This document shows positions 1-9,620 of a stretch of DNA of 64,000 nt, in pieces (position 1 is the stretch's first letter; every line of letters begins with the position of its first letter). The position numbers and the translations under genes are program-made. The stretch spans positions 64,792 through 128,791 of the forward strand of contig JBAZMQ010000001.1 in the NCBI GenBank assembly GCA_041649675.1, in the 5' to 3' direction. The stretch is from Patescibacteria group bacterium. Lineage in GTDB: Bacteria > Patescibacteriota > Patescibacteriia > Buchananbacterales > UBA6539. The notes beneath the pieces are model-generated. The model was not told the origin of the DNA. It searched no databases and saw only the letters and a list, made by a program, of their open reading frames with translations.

Positions 1-2
1 CT

Positions 3-107
3 TATTTCCACGGTTTGCCGGGTGATGAGGTGGTAATTATTGTGCCGCAGGAAGGAAAAAGCAAATGGGCGGCCGTAGAGAATGTTATTAAAAACAGTAG
101 TCGTTAG
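3..107 (+). CDS. 3' end of a gene truncated by the window edge (YFHGLPGDEVVIIVP...KNSSR*)
   Basis: Open frame from base 3 to TAG at 105-107, converging on prmC. Confidence 0.4.
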   Translation, partial: YFHGLPGDEVVIIVPQEGKSKWAAVENVIKNSSR

Positions 108-114
108 TTAGGCA

Positions 115-996
115 CTAGACATTAGGCCCTAGCTTTATAACTAAAATTCGGTTTAGTCCGGCTAAATCTTTTTTTATTTCTACCTGATAATTTGGCAGGT
201 ATTTTTTTAATAGTTTTTGTAGCTTAGTTTTTTGCCTTGGATCAAACTCAATAAAAATAAATTTTGGTTTTTGCTTTCGTTTGGCAATTTGTTCAAAGAG
301 TTGATGATAGAGATAAAGCCCATTTTCTTTGGCAAACAAAGCATTTTTTGGCTCAAATTTCAGAGCCGCTGTTTGCATTGAGCTATTATTTTTCCATTGT
401 GGCCAGCCATAAGGCAGGTTGGCAATCAGGATATCAATTTTTACGTTTTTAAGCGGTTTTAATAAATTGCCATGTAAGAATTTAATTTTAACTTGGTGAG
501 TTTTAGCATTAAGTTTAGCCACCTGCAGAGCTAGTTTAGAATTATCAGTAGCAAGGTAGCTTATAGCTTTTATCTTATAGCTTTTAGCGAGTGAAATGAT
601 TATACAGCCCGATCCGGTTCCGATATCCGCGACAGATAATCTTTCGTCTCTGATTCCTGATCTCTGATCTCTGATCTCTTTAATCACTTCTTCAACCAAT
701 AACTCCGTCTCCGGGCGGGGGATTAGGACGCGTTTATCAACCAAGAAACTTAGCCCAAAAAATTCTTTTTGTTTTACCAGATAGGCAATTGGTTCGCCTT
801 TAGTTCGTCTGGCTGCTAACTTACTTAGTTTTTTGAGTTGGAGCTTGGTCAGTTTAGCCTCTGAATGAGAATATAAAAACTCTTTTGGTTTTTTAATCAC
901 AAAAGACAACAAAACTTCCGCGTCTAAGGCTGCAGTTTTATTTTTTTTAGCCTGTAACTTTTTGGTAAATATTTTTAAAGCTTCTTGGATTGTCAT
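115..996 (-). CDS. prmC: Release factor glutamine methyltransferase PrmC/HemK
   Basis: VLIPRPETE, DIGTGSG SAM motif, NLPY (NPPY-like); next to prfA. Confidence 0.95.
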   Translation of the reverse strand: MTIQEALKIFTKKLQAKKNKTAALDAEVLLSFVIKKPKEFLYSHSEAKLTKLQLKKLSKLAARRTKGEPIAYLVKQKEFFGLSFLVDKRVLIPRPETELLVEEVIKEIRDQRSGIRDERLSVADIGTGSGCIIISLAKSYKIKAISYLATDNSKLALQVAKLNAKTHQVKIKFLHGNLLKPLKNVKIDILIANLPYGWPQWKNNSSMQTAALKFEPKNALFAKENGLYLYHQLFEQIAKRKQKPKFIFIEFDPRQKTKLQKLLKKYLPNYQVEIKKDLAGLNRILVIKLGPNV

Positions 997-1081
997 ATTA
1001 CTTAATTTGACTAAGGAAAGAATAATTTCTAAACTGATTAAAAGTCATTAACCGAAAGTAAGATTAACCGGAGGAAACGTT

Positions 1082-1444
1082 ATGTTAAAGAGGTTCTTTT
1101 TAGTGAAATGGTTTCTTGGTTGGTATAATGCCAGGTGTTGTGTTTGCGGCGGGTTTTCAATTTGGCCGTTTAATCGGCTAAGTCAAACCAATACGGCCAG
1201 CAAGTACAATCCGCGAGGGAAAGCAGTTTTAATTCATTCTGGCTGGTGCGCTTCTAGGCATCTGCGCTCAGCAAACCATGGTTTTTGCTGCGTTTGCGGC
1301 GGTGACCATGGTCGCTTGGGGTACGTTGATGGCAAGAATGAATACAACCCTGACGGGCAGTTGCGCTCGGTTCATGGTGGGTCCTGTCTTGTTCAGTACG
1401 TGGTCAGCTACTTTACCGGATTGGTTTTTTCCGACCGTTGGTAA
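1082..1444 (+). CDS. Small protein with two tandem CCxCGG...YNPxG...HxGxC putative Zn-binding repeats
   Basis: GGAGG SD at about 1070; clear internal repeat; downstream terminator. Confidence 0.7.
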   Translation: MLKRFFLVKWFLGWYNARCCVCGGFSIWPFNRLSQTNTASKYNPRGKAVLIHSGWCASRHLRSANHGFCCVCGGDHGRLGYVDGKNEYNPDGQLRSVHGGSCLVQYVVSYFTGLVFSDRW

Positions 1445-1481
1445 AAATTTTGGGCAAAAAGCCGTGTTTGTTCTCTAGTGC

Positions 1482-1508
1482 GAGGTGATTTTTGATCACC
1501 TCTTTTTT
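1482..1508 (+). terminator. Intrinsic terminator hairpin GAGGTGAT/ATCACCTC + T-tract
   Basis: 8-bp inverted repeat followed by T-run between convergent genes. Confidence 0.7.
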
Positions 1509-2550
1509 ATTGGTCTAATTCAGTGATTTTATCAATAATTGGTTGAATTTCTCCGTCCATAATGACAGCGATATTGTGCCAGCTTTCTTTAATCCGATGA
1601 TCCGTTACCCGGTCTTGAGGAAAATTATAAGTCCGGATTTTTTCGGATCGGTCGCCCGAACCAATTTGTGATTTTCTGGCATCGCGGCGTTCCTTGTCCT
1701 TTTTTTCTTGCTCCGAAGCCAGAAGGCGAGAACGCAAAATTTGCATCGCTTTATTTTTGTTCTTAATTTGTGATTTTTCATCTTGGCAGGTAACAACAGT
1801 GTTAGTCGGGATATGAGTAATCCGAACGGCTGAATCGGTGGTATTAACGCTTTGGCCGCCGTGGCCGCCGGAACGGAAAACGTCAATTCGTAAATCTTCG
1901 GGTTTTAATTCAATGTCAACTTCTTCGGCTTCAGGCAAAACAGCAACAGTTGAAGCCGAGGTATGAACCCGGCCGCTTTTTTCGGTTTCGGGTACGCGCT
2001 GGACTCGATGAACACCGCTTTCGTATTTTAAATTTTTAAACGCTTGGCGGCCAGAGATTTCAAAAATTATTTCTTTAAATCCGCCAATACCAATCCGACT
2101 AGCATTTAAGATGTTAGTTTTCCAGCCTTTTTTTTCGGCATAGCGCGAATACATCCGAAATAACTCAGCGGCAAACAAAGCGGCTTCGTCGCCACCAGTG
2201 CCGGCCCGGATTTCCATGATGATATTTTTTTGGTCCATCGGATCTTTGGGCTTTATATCCTGGTTAATTTCTTTTTCTAAATTAACCTTAAGATCAGTCA
2301 GGCTAGTAATTTCTTCTTGGGCAATTGAAACAAGCACATCATCAGAGTCATCTAATATTGCGCTTTGAGCTTGGGCTAATTGTCTTTCGGTTCTTTCTAG
2401 CTCATCAATTTTACTAATAATTGGTTCTAGTCGGCTGAATTCCTGCGAGGCAGTTTTTAATTTTTGGGTATCATTAACAATCTCGGGATTGGTTAAATCC
2501 AATCCGAGCTGAGTGTATTGTTTTTTTAAATCAATAAATTTTTGGTCCAT
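1507..2550 (-). CDS. prfA: Peptide chain release factor 1
   Basis: GGQ motif (GHGGQSVN), PET (PxT) recognition loop, [23 protein letters not shown]. Confidence 0.97.
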   Translation of the reverse strand: MDQKFIDLKKQYTQLGLDLTNPEIVNDTQKLKTASQEFSRLEPIISKIDELERTERQLAQAQSAILDDSDDVLVSIAQEEITSLTDLKVNLEKEINQDIKPKDPMDQKNIIMEIRAGTGGDEAALFAAELFRMYSRYAEKKGWKTNILNASRIGIGGFKEIIFEISGRQAFKNLKYESGVHRVQRVPETEKSGRVHTSASTVAVLPEAEEVDIELKPEDLRIDVFRSGGHGGQSVNTTDSAVRITHIPTNTVVTCQDEKSQIKNKNKAMQILRSRLLASEQEKKDKERRDARKSQIGSGDRSEKIRTYNFPQDRVTDHRIKESWHNIAVIMDGEIQPIIDKITELDQ

Positions 2551-2652
2551 AAGTTTAGAGTTTAGGTTGCTAGGCCCTAGGCAGTTAGGTGGGCAATGCC
2601 TAATTTTGGCATAACAAAAACTCCCTTTTTGGGGAGCTTTGGTTATATTGAG

Positions 2653-2946
2653 CTACTCTTCGCTTGATTTTTTGGTTGATTTTTTCTTGGAGTCAGCTTT
2701 TTCCTTTTTTGCCTTTTTGCCTTTGCGAACACTGGAGACGGCTTCTTTTTTGGATAAGCGTTCCTTGAATTTTTCTACCCGTCTGGCTGAGTCAAGCAAC
2801 TTTTGTTTGCCGGTATAAAAAGGATGACACATTGAACAAATTTCAACATGAATTTCGGGCAAAGTTGAGCCAACATTAAAGGAGTTACCGCAAGCGCAGA
2901 TAATCTTAGCGTTTTGATGATATTGGGGATGAATTTCTTTTTTCAT
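2653..2946 (-). CDS. rpmE: 50S ribosomal protein L31 (Zn-binding type) with Lys-rich tail
   Basis: [27 protein letters not shown]; start moved to ATG at 2946. Confidence 0.95.
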   Translation of the reverse strand: MKKEIHPQYHQNAKIICACGNSFNVGSTLPEIHVEICSMCHPFYTGKQKLLDSARRVEKFKERLSKKEAVSSVRKGKKAKKEKADSKKKSTKKSSEE

Positions 2947-3065
2947 AGGATATAATACTAATCTACGAATTAATGCTAATCTACGAATATTCGTATGTGT
3001 AGCTTTGTGTCCACATACTATTGGCATATATTAGCATTATATCTTGATTTTGGCAAGAGTGGCTA

Positions 3066-3476
3066 CTAATTGTTATTATGCAGACCCTTGGATCGCTTGG
3101 TAATGATATAAACACCAACGACGCTGGTATAAACAACGGCTAATTCGCCGGGAATTTTGAATCTACCCTCGGATAATGGAGCCGTTACGGCAAAAAGTAT
3201 CACAATAACTGTCCAAACGATGACAAACCCTTCACCTAAAAATTTGGAGATAAAGTTATCTTTCCAGCGGGTAAATTCTTTTTCACCGGCATAAAGTCCT
3301 AGAATGGCCAAATAAATTATGCCAATGGTGGCGGCTGAGCTGTTGTAGCGGCCGCCGGAAAAGAAATCCAAGGAAAAGAGAAAAATTGTTACCACCGTCC
3401 AGACATTTAAAATTAGTTTAAATATTCGGCGGTTGGTATGATCAGCAAAATATCTTTGGTTATTATTTTTTTTCAT
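3066..3476 (-). CDS. Hypothetical membrane protein (about 4 TM, two-fold internal repeat)
   Basis: Hydrophobic helices; repeated VWTV..I.LF motif. Confidence 0.7.
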   Translation of the reverse strand: MKKNNNQRYFADHTNRRIFKLILNVWTVVTIFLFSLDFFSGGRYNSSAATIGIIYLAILGLYAGEKEFTRWKDNFISKFLGEGFVIVWTVIVILFAVTAPLSEGRFKIPGELAVVYTSVVGVYIITKRSKGLHNNN

Positions 3477-3521
3477 AAATTTTCCTTTTTTTATTGTAGC
3501 ATATTTTTTAAACTTACCAAA

Positions 3522-3590
3522 TTGACAATCAGTATTTAAGCAATTATGCTGTTAAATAGAAAGGGACAAAAAATTGAACCTTAAAAATTA
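3522..3590 (+). promoter_or_regulatory. Sigma70 promoter (TTGACA-17-TATGCT) followed by boxA-like TTGAACCTTAAAAATTA
   Basis: -35 at 3522-3527, -10 at 3545-3550, motif at 3574-3590. Confidence 0.65.
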
Positions 3591-3671
3591 GTAAAATTAG
3601 CCATTAAGTTTAATTGGATAAGTGATTTGGTCAGAGTATAGCATGATATAATTGGTGAAAGGATCAATCGT

Positions 3672-4379
3672 ATGAATTATCACATGAAACGTTCAGAAGT
3701 GAATTGGGTAATTAAAGAAACATTGAATTGGTGGAAAGAGTCAGGCGTTGCTTTGCCGCCTTGGGCATTTTACAGTCCGGAGGTCTGGCGCAGGGAAGTT
3801 GATGCCGGACACGTGGACATTGATAAGATGATTAAACGCGGGCAGGGCTTGTACCTCTCCAACTTTCCAGTGTCCGGGGTGAGAATGAGTCCCAATTTTT
3901 CTCATCAGGGGACGTTATCGATTACAGTGGAAGATACGGGACTTAAATTCTTGTATCAACGGCAAAATCAGGCAATGCTGCTCCATAAGCACCTAAAAAA
4001 GGAAGAAACGGTTAGCGTTATTGGCAACAGTACAGTTGGTCGGTTGGTGGTACGTTTGTACCGCCCCAATGAATCCGATGGTTCGCCGAATTATGGCGGC
4101 GAAGCGCTTGTGAAAGTCAATAATCTTCCTCGTACGGTGAATTTTAAACAAAGAGTTTCGTTGGCGCCAGGCGAATCCATTACTTTTCCTGCCGGGGTTT
4201 GGCATCATTTTTACGCCAGTGCTGATGGTGTCTCTTTGCAGGCAGTATCATCTATCCATGAAGGTACTCCTGGTGATGACGACACCTTTATGAATCAGAC
4301 GGAAAAGTTTATAGCAATTGAGCCGGATGTGCCGCCGGAGTATTTGCTCGGCAATGAGCTCAAGCTGCTGGTCAGGTAG
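3672..4379 (+). CDS. D-lyxose/D-mannose isomerase family cupin, divergent copy 1
   Basis: LPPWA..SPE.W N-terminus, HKH..K.E, LAPGESITF...WHHF; GAAAGGA SD. Confidence 0.8.
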   Translation: MNYHMKRSEVNWVIKETLNWWKESGVALPPWAFYSPEVWRREVDAGHVDIDKMIKRGQGLYLSNFPVSGVRMSPNFSHQGTLSITVEDTGLKFLYQRQNQAMLLHKHLKKEETVSVIGNSTVGRLVVRLYRPNESDGSPNYGGEALVKVNNLPRTVNFKQRVSLAPGESITFPAGVWHHFYASADGVSLQAVSSIHEGTPGDDDTFMNQTEKFIAIEPDVPPEYLLGNELKLLVR

Positions 4380-4396
4380 GGAGGGAAACAAGCAAT

Positions 4397-4441
4397 AAAC
4401 ACCTTTTTTAAGCAATTTGTTTTTAAAAGGTGTTATTTTTT
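4397..4441 (+). terminator. Terminator AACACCTTTT/AAAAGGTGTT + T-tract
   Basis: Inverted repeat; near-identical copy after the paralog. Confidence 0.7.
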
Positions 4442-4466
4442 GATTTTTTATGTTGATTAATTAAAT

Positions 4467-4536
4467 TTGACTTTTATTAGCCAATTTATTAAACTAGCAG
4501 ACAGAATGGAAGAAAGAGTCGAACCTTAACAAATAG
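4467..4536 (+). promoter_or_regulatory. Sigma70 promoter (TTGACT-17-TAAACT) followed by boxA-like TCGAACCTTAACAAATAG
   Basis: -35 at 4467-4472, -10 at 4490-4495, motif at 4519-4536. Confidence 0.65.
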
Positions 4537-4607
4537 GCGAAAAAAGTCATTAGGTTCGATTATCCAATGGTTTAGGCGTAGTATAACTGGTGAAAGGATG
4601 GATACAC

Positions 4608-5318
4608 ATGGAGCATCACATAAAACAATCAGAAGTAAATAGGTTGATTCAAGAAACCTTGGGGAGGTGGCAAAAGCTCAAAGTCAGCGTGCCGCCCTGG
4701 GCAGCCTACAGTCCGATGGACTGGCGAAGGCAAATTGAAGAAGGCAAAGAGGGTTTGGACATTTCCGAAATGGTCAAATGGGGTCAGGGTTTGGACATTT
4801 CCAACTTTCCAGCATTAGGAGTTAAGCCTGACTTCAGTCAATGTGGCCTGGTGCTGATCACGGTGGAGAATACTTCCGAATATTGCCATAAGCTGATGTT
4901 TCAGCGGCAAAACCAGGAAACACCCTGGCATAAGCACGTAAATAAAAATGAAACAATTGGCGTTGGGGCCAGCCGCTGGGGCAAGCTAGGCATCAGTTTG
5001 TACAATTCCAACGAGATTGATGGCTGTCCGGATTATATGAAATCGGTCCGAGTGAAAGTCAACGGTTGTTGGCGTACAGTGAAGGCTGATAATCCAGTTC
5101 AACTGCAGCCGGGTGAATTCATTACGCTACCAGCCGGAGTCTGGCATCGGTTTTTTGCCCTTTATGACGATGTCTCTTTGTGGGAAGTCTCGGCCCACAA
5201 TGACGACTTTGACGACAATAAGTTCTTGGTGCCTCGGGAGAGGTTTATGAAAATTGAGCCGGATGTGCTACCGGCATTTGTGCTTTGCAATGATCTGCAT
5301 AAGCTGTTACCCGTCTAG
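4608..5318 (+). CDS. D-lyxose/D-mannose isomerase family cupin, copy 2
   Basis: YCHKLM, QETPWHKH..K.E, LQPGEFITL...WHRF, EVS..NDD..DN.F; start at ATG 4608. Confidence 0.88.
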   Translation: MEHHIKQSEVNRLIQETLGRWQKLKVSVPPWAAYSPMDWRRQIEEGKEGLDISEMVKWGQGLDISNFPALGVKPDFSQCGLVLITVENTSEYCHKLMFQRQNQETPWHKHVNKNETIGVGASRWGKLGISLYNSNEIDGCPDYMKSVRVKVNGCWRTVKADNPVQLQPGEFITLPAGVWHRFFALYDDVSLWEVSAHNDDFDDNKFLVPRERFMKIEPDVLPAFVLCNDLHKLLPV

Positions 5319-5334
5319 GGGAGGGAAGAGTTAA

Positions 5335-5382
5335 AAACACCTTTTTAAGCAAGATTTTCTTGGAAAAAGGTGTTATTTTTTT
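5335..5382 (+). terminator. Terminator AACACCTTTTT/AAAAAGGTGTT + T-tract
   Basis: Inverted repeat homologous to 4397-4441. Confidence 0.7.
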
Positions 5383-5387
5383 ACCTC

Positions 5388-5415
5388 TTGACACCAATTT
5401 TTTTTATGGTATCAT
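5388..5415 (+). promoter_or_regulatory. Promoter of the heat-shock operon (TTGACA ... TATCAT)
   Basis: -35 at 5388-5393, -10 at 5410-5415, directly upstream of CIRCE. Confidence 0.7.
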
Positions 5416-5419
5416 TAAA

Positions 5420-5446
5420 TTAGCACTCATTGCTAAGGAGTGCTAA
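5420..5446 (+). promoter_or_regulatory. CIRCE element (HrcA operator)
   Basis: Perfect TTAGCACTC-N9-GAGTGCTAA just upstream of hrcA. Confidence 0.97.
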
Positions 5447-5455
5447 TCCGAAATT

Positions 5456-6160
5456 ATGAACGAAAGACAGCAGGATTTACTGCAAATTATAATTTCTCAA
5501 TATATCAAAACCGCCCAGCCAGTCAGTTCTAATTTTATTACCCAGGCCGGCAGTTTTGATTTGTCGTCAGCCACGATTAGAAATGAAATGGCCGATTTGG
5601 AAGACCAGGGCTATATTTATCATCCGCACACTTCGGCTGGGCGGGTGCCAACGGAAAAAGGCTATCAGTTTTTTGTTAGTAATTTTTTAAGCGACAGTAA
5701 GTTAAGCAAAAAGCAGCAGGAGTTTTTGGATAAGTTAGTTGGTCAATATAAAACGTTTGAACCTTTGGCGCTTAAGGAGTTGGCTAAAGGAATTTCGGAG
5801 TTTTGCAACGGCGCGGTTTTTGTTGCGTTTTCTGACAATGATTTTTATTATACCGGTATTTCTAATTTGTTTTCTCAGCCCGAATTTGCCGAGCAAAAAG
5901 TCGTTTATAATTTAAGTCGAGTAATCGATCATTTAGACTTGGTAATTAATAAAATATTTGACGATATCGATTCGCAAGTTGAAGTTTTAGTTGGCAGCCA
6001 AAATCGGTTTGCCAAAGATTGCAGCTCAATTATGACAAAATACCAAGCCAAGAATGGCTCTGGTCTTTTGGGAATTTTAGGGCCATTGAGAATGGATTAT
6101 CAAAATAATTTTAGTTTAATTAAATATAGCCAGGGGCTGATTAATAGATTAGGAAATTAG
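5456..6160 (+). CDS. hrcA: Heat-inducible transcription repressor HrcA (short form)
   Basis: SSATIRNEMADLE..GY...PHTSAGRVPTEKGY, GILGPLRMDY; upstream CIRCE. Confidence 0.95.
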   Translation: MNERQQDLLQIIISQYIKTAQPVSSNFITQAGSFDLSSATIRNEMADLEDQGYIYHPHTSAGRVPTEKGYQFFVSNFLSDSKLSKKQQEFLDKLVGQYKTFEPLALKELAKGISEFCNGAVFVAFSDNDFYYTGISNLFSQPEFAEQKVVYNLSRVIDHLDLVINKIFDDIDSQVEVLVGSQNRFAKDCSSIMTKYQAKNGSGLLGILGPLRMDYQNNFSLIKYSQGLINRLGN

Positions 6161-6220
6161 CTTGTAGCTTTTAGCTTGTAGGGCTCTGCCTAAAAGCTAT
6201 AAGCTAACAGCTAACAGCTA
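6158..6220. repeat. Heptamer tandem repeats (TAGCTTN / TAxxAGC) arranged as inverted arms
   Basis: tagcttg tagcttt tagcttg ... taaaagc tataagc taacagc taacagc. Confidence 0.8.
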
Positions 6221-6224
6221 TTAT

Positions 6225-6725
6225 ATGCAAGACCAAGCACAATCACAAAACAATGAAATTAATATTGAAGAATTAAAGGCTGAGCTAATCTTAGCCCAAA
6301 AAAAAGCTGAAGAGCATTTGGACGGTTGGCGCCGAGCAAAAGCTGATTATTTAAATTTGAAAAAGGAGAGTGAAAGCCGGCAGGGTGAATTGATCCAGTT
6401 TGCTAACGCGGCCTTAATTGCTCAGTTATTACCGATTTTTGATCATTTTAAGTTGGCTTGCCAGCACGTACCAAAAGATGATGCCAAAAAAGATTGGGTA
6501 GTTGGGTTTTTTCACATTAAAAAACAGTTTGAAGATTTTTTAAAAAATTTAGGCATTGAAGAAATTAAAACAGTCGGTGAGAAATTTAATCCGGAATTTC
6601 ACGAAGCAGTAGTTCACGAAAAAATGCAAGGTTTTGAAGCAGATGAAATTTTTGAAGAAGTAAAGTCCGGTTATCTGTTATATGGCAAAGTTGTAAATCC
6701 GGCAAAAGTGAAAGTGGCAAAATAA
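6225..6725 (+). CDS. grpE: Nucleotide exchange factor GrpE
   Basis: RAKADYLNLKK, FNPEFHEAV, GY.L.GKV..PAKVKV. Confidence 0.95.
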   Translation: MQDQAQSQNNEINIEELKAELILAQKKAEEHLDGWRRAKADYLNLKKESESRQGELIQFANAALIAQLLPIFDHFKLACQHVPKDDAKKDWVVGFFHIKKQFEDFLKNLGIEEIKTVGEKFNPEFHEAVVHEKMQGFEADEIFEEVKSGYLLYGKVVNPAKVKVAK

Positions 6726-6734
6726 ATTTTATTT

Positions 6735-6843
6735 TGTCATTCTGAGGCCAAGGGCCGAAGAATCTCATACGATATTCATTGGTGTGAGATTCTTCATCCC
6801 GACTACCTGACTTAAATAAAAATAGTCGGGATTCAGAATGACA
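6735..6843. repeat. REP/MITE-like palindromic element TGTCATTCTGA...TCAGAATGACA with nested hairpins
   Basis: Terminal inverted repeats; inner GAAGAATCTCA/TGAGATTCTTC and ATCCCGACTA/TAGTCGGGAT stems. Confidence 0.75.
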
Positions 6844-6913
6844 GATAGTATTTAACAAATTAATCCAGCTTGTCTCGGGGATTTCCGAGAAGCTGTCAAG
6901 GGAGAATAAAATT

Positions 6914-7327
6914 ATGACCTTAATTAAATGGACTCCGTTGGTTGAACCGTTTGAAGATATGGAGCGGTTTGTCAATCGGTCAGTAATGAATGGCTTCACT
7001 CCAGCTATTGACGTTTATGAAACTAAAGACAACGTGGTGATTGAAACGCCGCTAGCGGGCATTGATCCAAAAGATGTAGAAATTGCCGTGGAAAATGATG
7101 TTTTGACGATTAAAGGTGAAACCAAGAAAGAATCAGAAGTTGATGAAAAAAATTATTATCGCAAAGAAGTGGCGCGCGGCAGTTTCTTTCGTTCCGTGGC
7201 CATGCCTTCGCGCGTGGTAGCGGACAAAGCCGATGCCTCGTTTGCCGATGGAATATTAAAGATTACCATTCCCAAAGCCGAAGAAGCCAAACCAAAAACC
7301 ATTACGGTTAAGGTCAATAAAAAATAA
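6914..7327 (+). CDS. Small heat-shock protein Hsp20/alpha-crystallin
   Basis: PAIDVYET, LTIKGE, YYRKE...GSF.R, A.F.DGILKITIPK. Confidence 0.93.
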   Translation: MTLIKWTPLVEPFEDMERFVNRSVMNGFTPAIDVYETKDNVVIETPLAGIDPKDVEIAVENDVLTIKGETKKESEVDEKNYYRKEVARGSFFRSVAMPSRVVADKADASFADGILKITIPKAEEAKPKTITVKVNKK

Positions 7328-7360
7328 TAATTAATATATAATAAATAATCAAAAAATATT

Positions 7361-9247
7361 ATGCCAAAAATTTTAGGAATTGATTTAGGAACCACAAATT
7401 CCTGTATGGCCATTATTGAGGGTGGTGAGCCCAAGGTGTTGGAAAACGCCGAGGGAGCGAGAACCACGCCATCAGTGGTGGCAATTAATAAATCCGGCGA
7501 AAGATTGGTTGGCCAAATTGCCAAGCGCCAAGCCGTAACTAACCCGGAAAACACTTTGTATTCAATCAAGCGGTTAATTGGCCGCAGATGGGAAGAAGAG
7601 GAAGTCCAAAGAGATTTGAAATTGATGCCATTTAAAATTGTTAAAGCGGGCGATGGTGTTAAGGTTGTGTTAAATGGCAAAGAATCTACGCCTCAGGAAA
7701 TTTCGGCTATGGTTTTGCAAAAGTTGAAAGCAGACGCAGAAAGTCGTTTGGGTGAAAAAATCACTGAAGCGATAATTACTGTGCCGGCCTATTTTAACGA
7801 TGCTCAGCGCCGGGCAACCAAAGATGCCGGGGAAATTGCCGGTTTGAAAGTTAAACAGATTATCAATGAACCAACCGCCGCGGCTTTAGCCTATGGGTTT
7901 GAAAAGAAGAAAGGCCAAAAGATTGCGGTTTACGATTTGGGCGGCGGGACGTTTGATATTTCCATTTTGGAAATTTCTCAAGATACCGTTGAAGTTAAAT
8001 CAACCAACGGGGATACTCATTTGGGCGGCGATGATTTTGATCAAGTTTTGATTGAATGGATTATTGCTGAATTTAAAAAAGATCAAGGCATTGATTTAGC
8101 TAAAGACAATTTAGCTTTGCAACGGATTAAAGAATCAGCCGAAAAAGCCAAAATTGAACTTTCCACCGCTCAAGAAACGGAAATCAATCAGCCGTTTATT
8201 ACCACTGATGCCGGTGGGCCAAAACATTTGGTTTTGAAATTAACTCGTTCTAAATTGGAAGAGTTAGTTGGCGAATTGGTTGAAAAAACCTTAGAGCCAT
8301 GCCGTAAGGCAATTGCTGACGCTAAGCTGGACGTGAAGGATATTGAAGAAGTAGTGATGGTTGGCGGAATGACTCGTATGCCTTTGGTTTTAAAGACCGT
8401 AGAAAAATATTTCGGCAAAAAACCAAATATTTCGGTTAATCCCGATGAAGTTGTCGCTTTGGGCGCAGCGGTTCAAGCTGGCGTTTTGCAAGGTGATGTT
8501 AAAGATGTGTTATTGCTTGATGTTACGCCGTTAACTTTAGGCATTGAAACCATGGGCGCGGTGGCTACCCCTTTAATTGAAAGAAATACCACCATTCCAA
8601 CTTCTAAATCACAAGTCTTTTCAACCGCTTCCGATAGCCAGCCCTCAGTTGAGATTCATATTTTGCAAGGTGAACGGCCAATGGCTCATGATAATAAAAC
8701 TTTGGGTCGGTTTATGCTAGACGGTATTCCGCCTGCTCCCAGAGGTGTGCCGCAAATTGAAGTGACGTTTGATATTGATGCTAATGGTATTTTGAATGTC
8801 TCGGCCAAAGATCGCGGAACCGGTAAAGAACAAAAAATTACCATTACCGCTTCGTCCGGACTTTCCAAAGACGAGATAGAAAAAATGAAAAAGGAAGCCG
8901 AAATTCATGCCAGTGATGATCAAAAAAAGAAAGAATTGATTGAAGCAAGAAATATGGCTGATACTTTGATTTATTCAAGTGAAAAAGGTGTTCGCGATGC
9001 CGGTGATAAGATTACTGATGATATTAAAAAGGATATTGAATCTAAGGTTGAAGAATTAAAGAAAATCAAGGATAGCGAAGATTTAGAAAGTATTAAACGC
9101 CGGACTCAGGAATTGAATGATGCGGCTCAAAAAATCGGTGAAGCAATCTATAAAGCTCAGCAAGCAGCCCAACCAGGCCAGCCAACGGGCAGCGAAGCTA
9201 AGCCGGAAGAAGGCGAAGTAGTTGACGATAAAGGTGACAAAAAATAA
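7361..9247 (+). CDS. dnaK: Chaperone DnaK (Hsp70)
   Basis: [35 protein letters not shown] linker. Confidence 0.99.
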   Translation: MPKILGIDLGTTNSCMAIIEGGEPKVLENAEGARTTPSVVAINKSGERLVGQIAKRQAVTNPENTLYSIKRLIGRRWEEEEVQRDLKLMPFKIVKAGDGVKVVLNGKESTPQEISAMVLQKLKADAESRLGEKITEAIITVPAYFNDAQRRATKDAGEIAGLKVKQIINEPTAAALAYGFEKKKGQKIAVYDLGGGTFDISILEISQDTVEVKSTNGDTHLGGDDFDQVLIEWIIAEFKKDQGIDLAKDNLALQRIKESAEKAKIELSTAQETEINQPFITTDAGGPKHLVLKLTRSKLEELVGELVEKTLEPCRKAIADAKLDVKDIEEVVMVGGMTRMPLVLKTVEKYFGKKPNISVNPDEVVALGAAVQAGVLQGDVKDVLLLDVTPLTLGIETMGAVATPLIERNTTIPTSKSQVFSTASDSQPSVEIHILQGERPMAHDNKTLGRFMLDGIPPAPRGVPQIEVTFDIDANGILNVSAKDRGTGKEQKITITASSGLSKDEIEKMKKEAEIHASDDQKKKELIEARNMADTLIYSSEKGVRDAGDKITDDIKKDIESKVEELKKIKDSEDLESIKRRTQELNDAAQKIGEAIYKAQQAAQPGQPTGSEAKPEEGEVVDDKGDKK

Positions 9248-9253
9248 CTATAA

Positions 9254-9326
9254 TTGAATCAGGAATTATGAATAAGGAATCAGGATCGCAAAGTTCCTGA
9301 TTCCTATTTCCTGATTCATAATTCAA
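9254..9326. repeat. Heptamer repeats (GGAATCA/TGATTCC family) forming an inverted repeat
   Basis: tgaatca ggaatta tgaataa ggaatca ... tgattcc tatttcc tgattca taattca. Confidence 0.8.
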
Positions 9327-9331
9327 AATTT

Positions 9332-9619
9332 ATGGATAAGCAATTACCGGAAAATCAAATTCAAATTCGTGATAGCTTTGCCGGTGGCGAATATGCCAAC
9401 GCCATGTATGTCAGTCACACCAAAGAAGAGTTTTTATTAACTTTTCTAAATATTGTGCAACCATCCGGTCGGGTAGTGGGAAAAATTATTGCCAGCCCCG
9501 GCCACTTGAAAAGAATTATTCGAGCGTTGGATGAAAGCTTGAAAAAATACGAAACAACGTTTGGCAAAGTTCAGGAAGCTGAAGCGCCAAAAAGTGAAAT
9601 TGGATTTAAAGCAGAATAA
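9332..9619 (+). CDS. DUF3467 family protein
   Basis: GEYAN...VSHTKEEF.L.F, II.SPGH.KR, YE..FG; inside the dnaK operon. Confidence 0.8.
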   Translation: MDKQLPENQIQIRDSFAGGEYANAMYVSHTKEEFLLTFLNIVQPSGRVVGKIIASPGHLKRIIRALDESLKKYETTFGKVQEAEAPKSEIGFKAE

Positions 9620-9620
9620 A

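Noticed and set aside
2947-3027. N-terminal extension of L31 in the ORF track
   Set aside because: L31 begins at MKKEIHP (2946); the extension covers promoter and short-repeat sequence.
7156-8923. Antisense ORFs opposite hsp20/dnaK (7156-7680, 8188-8418, 8686-8868, 8717-8923)
   Set aside because: Typical shadow frames opposite conserved genes; no SD or independent motifs.
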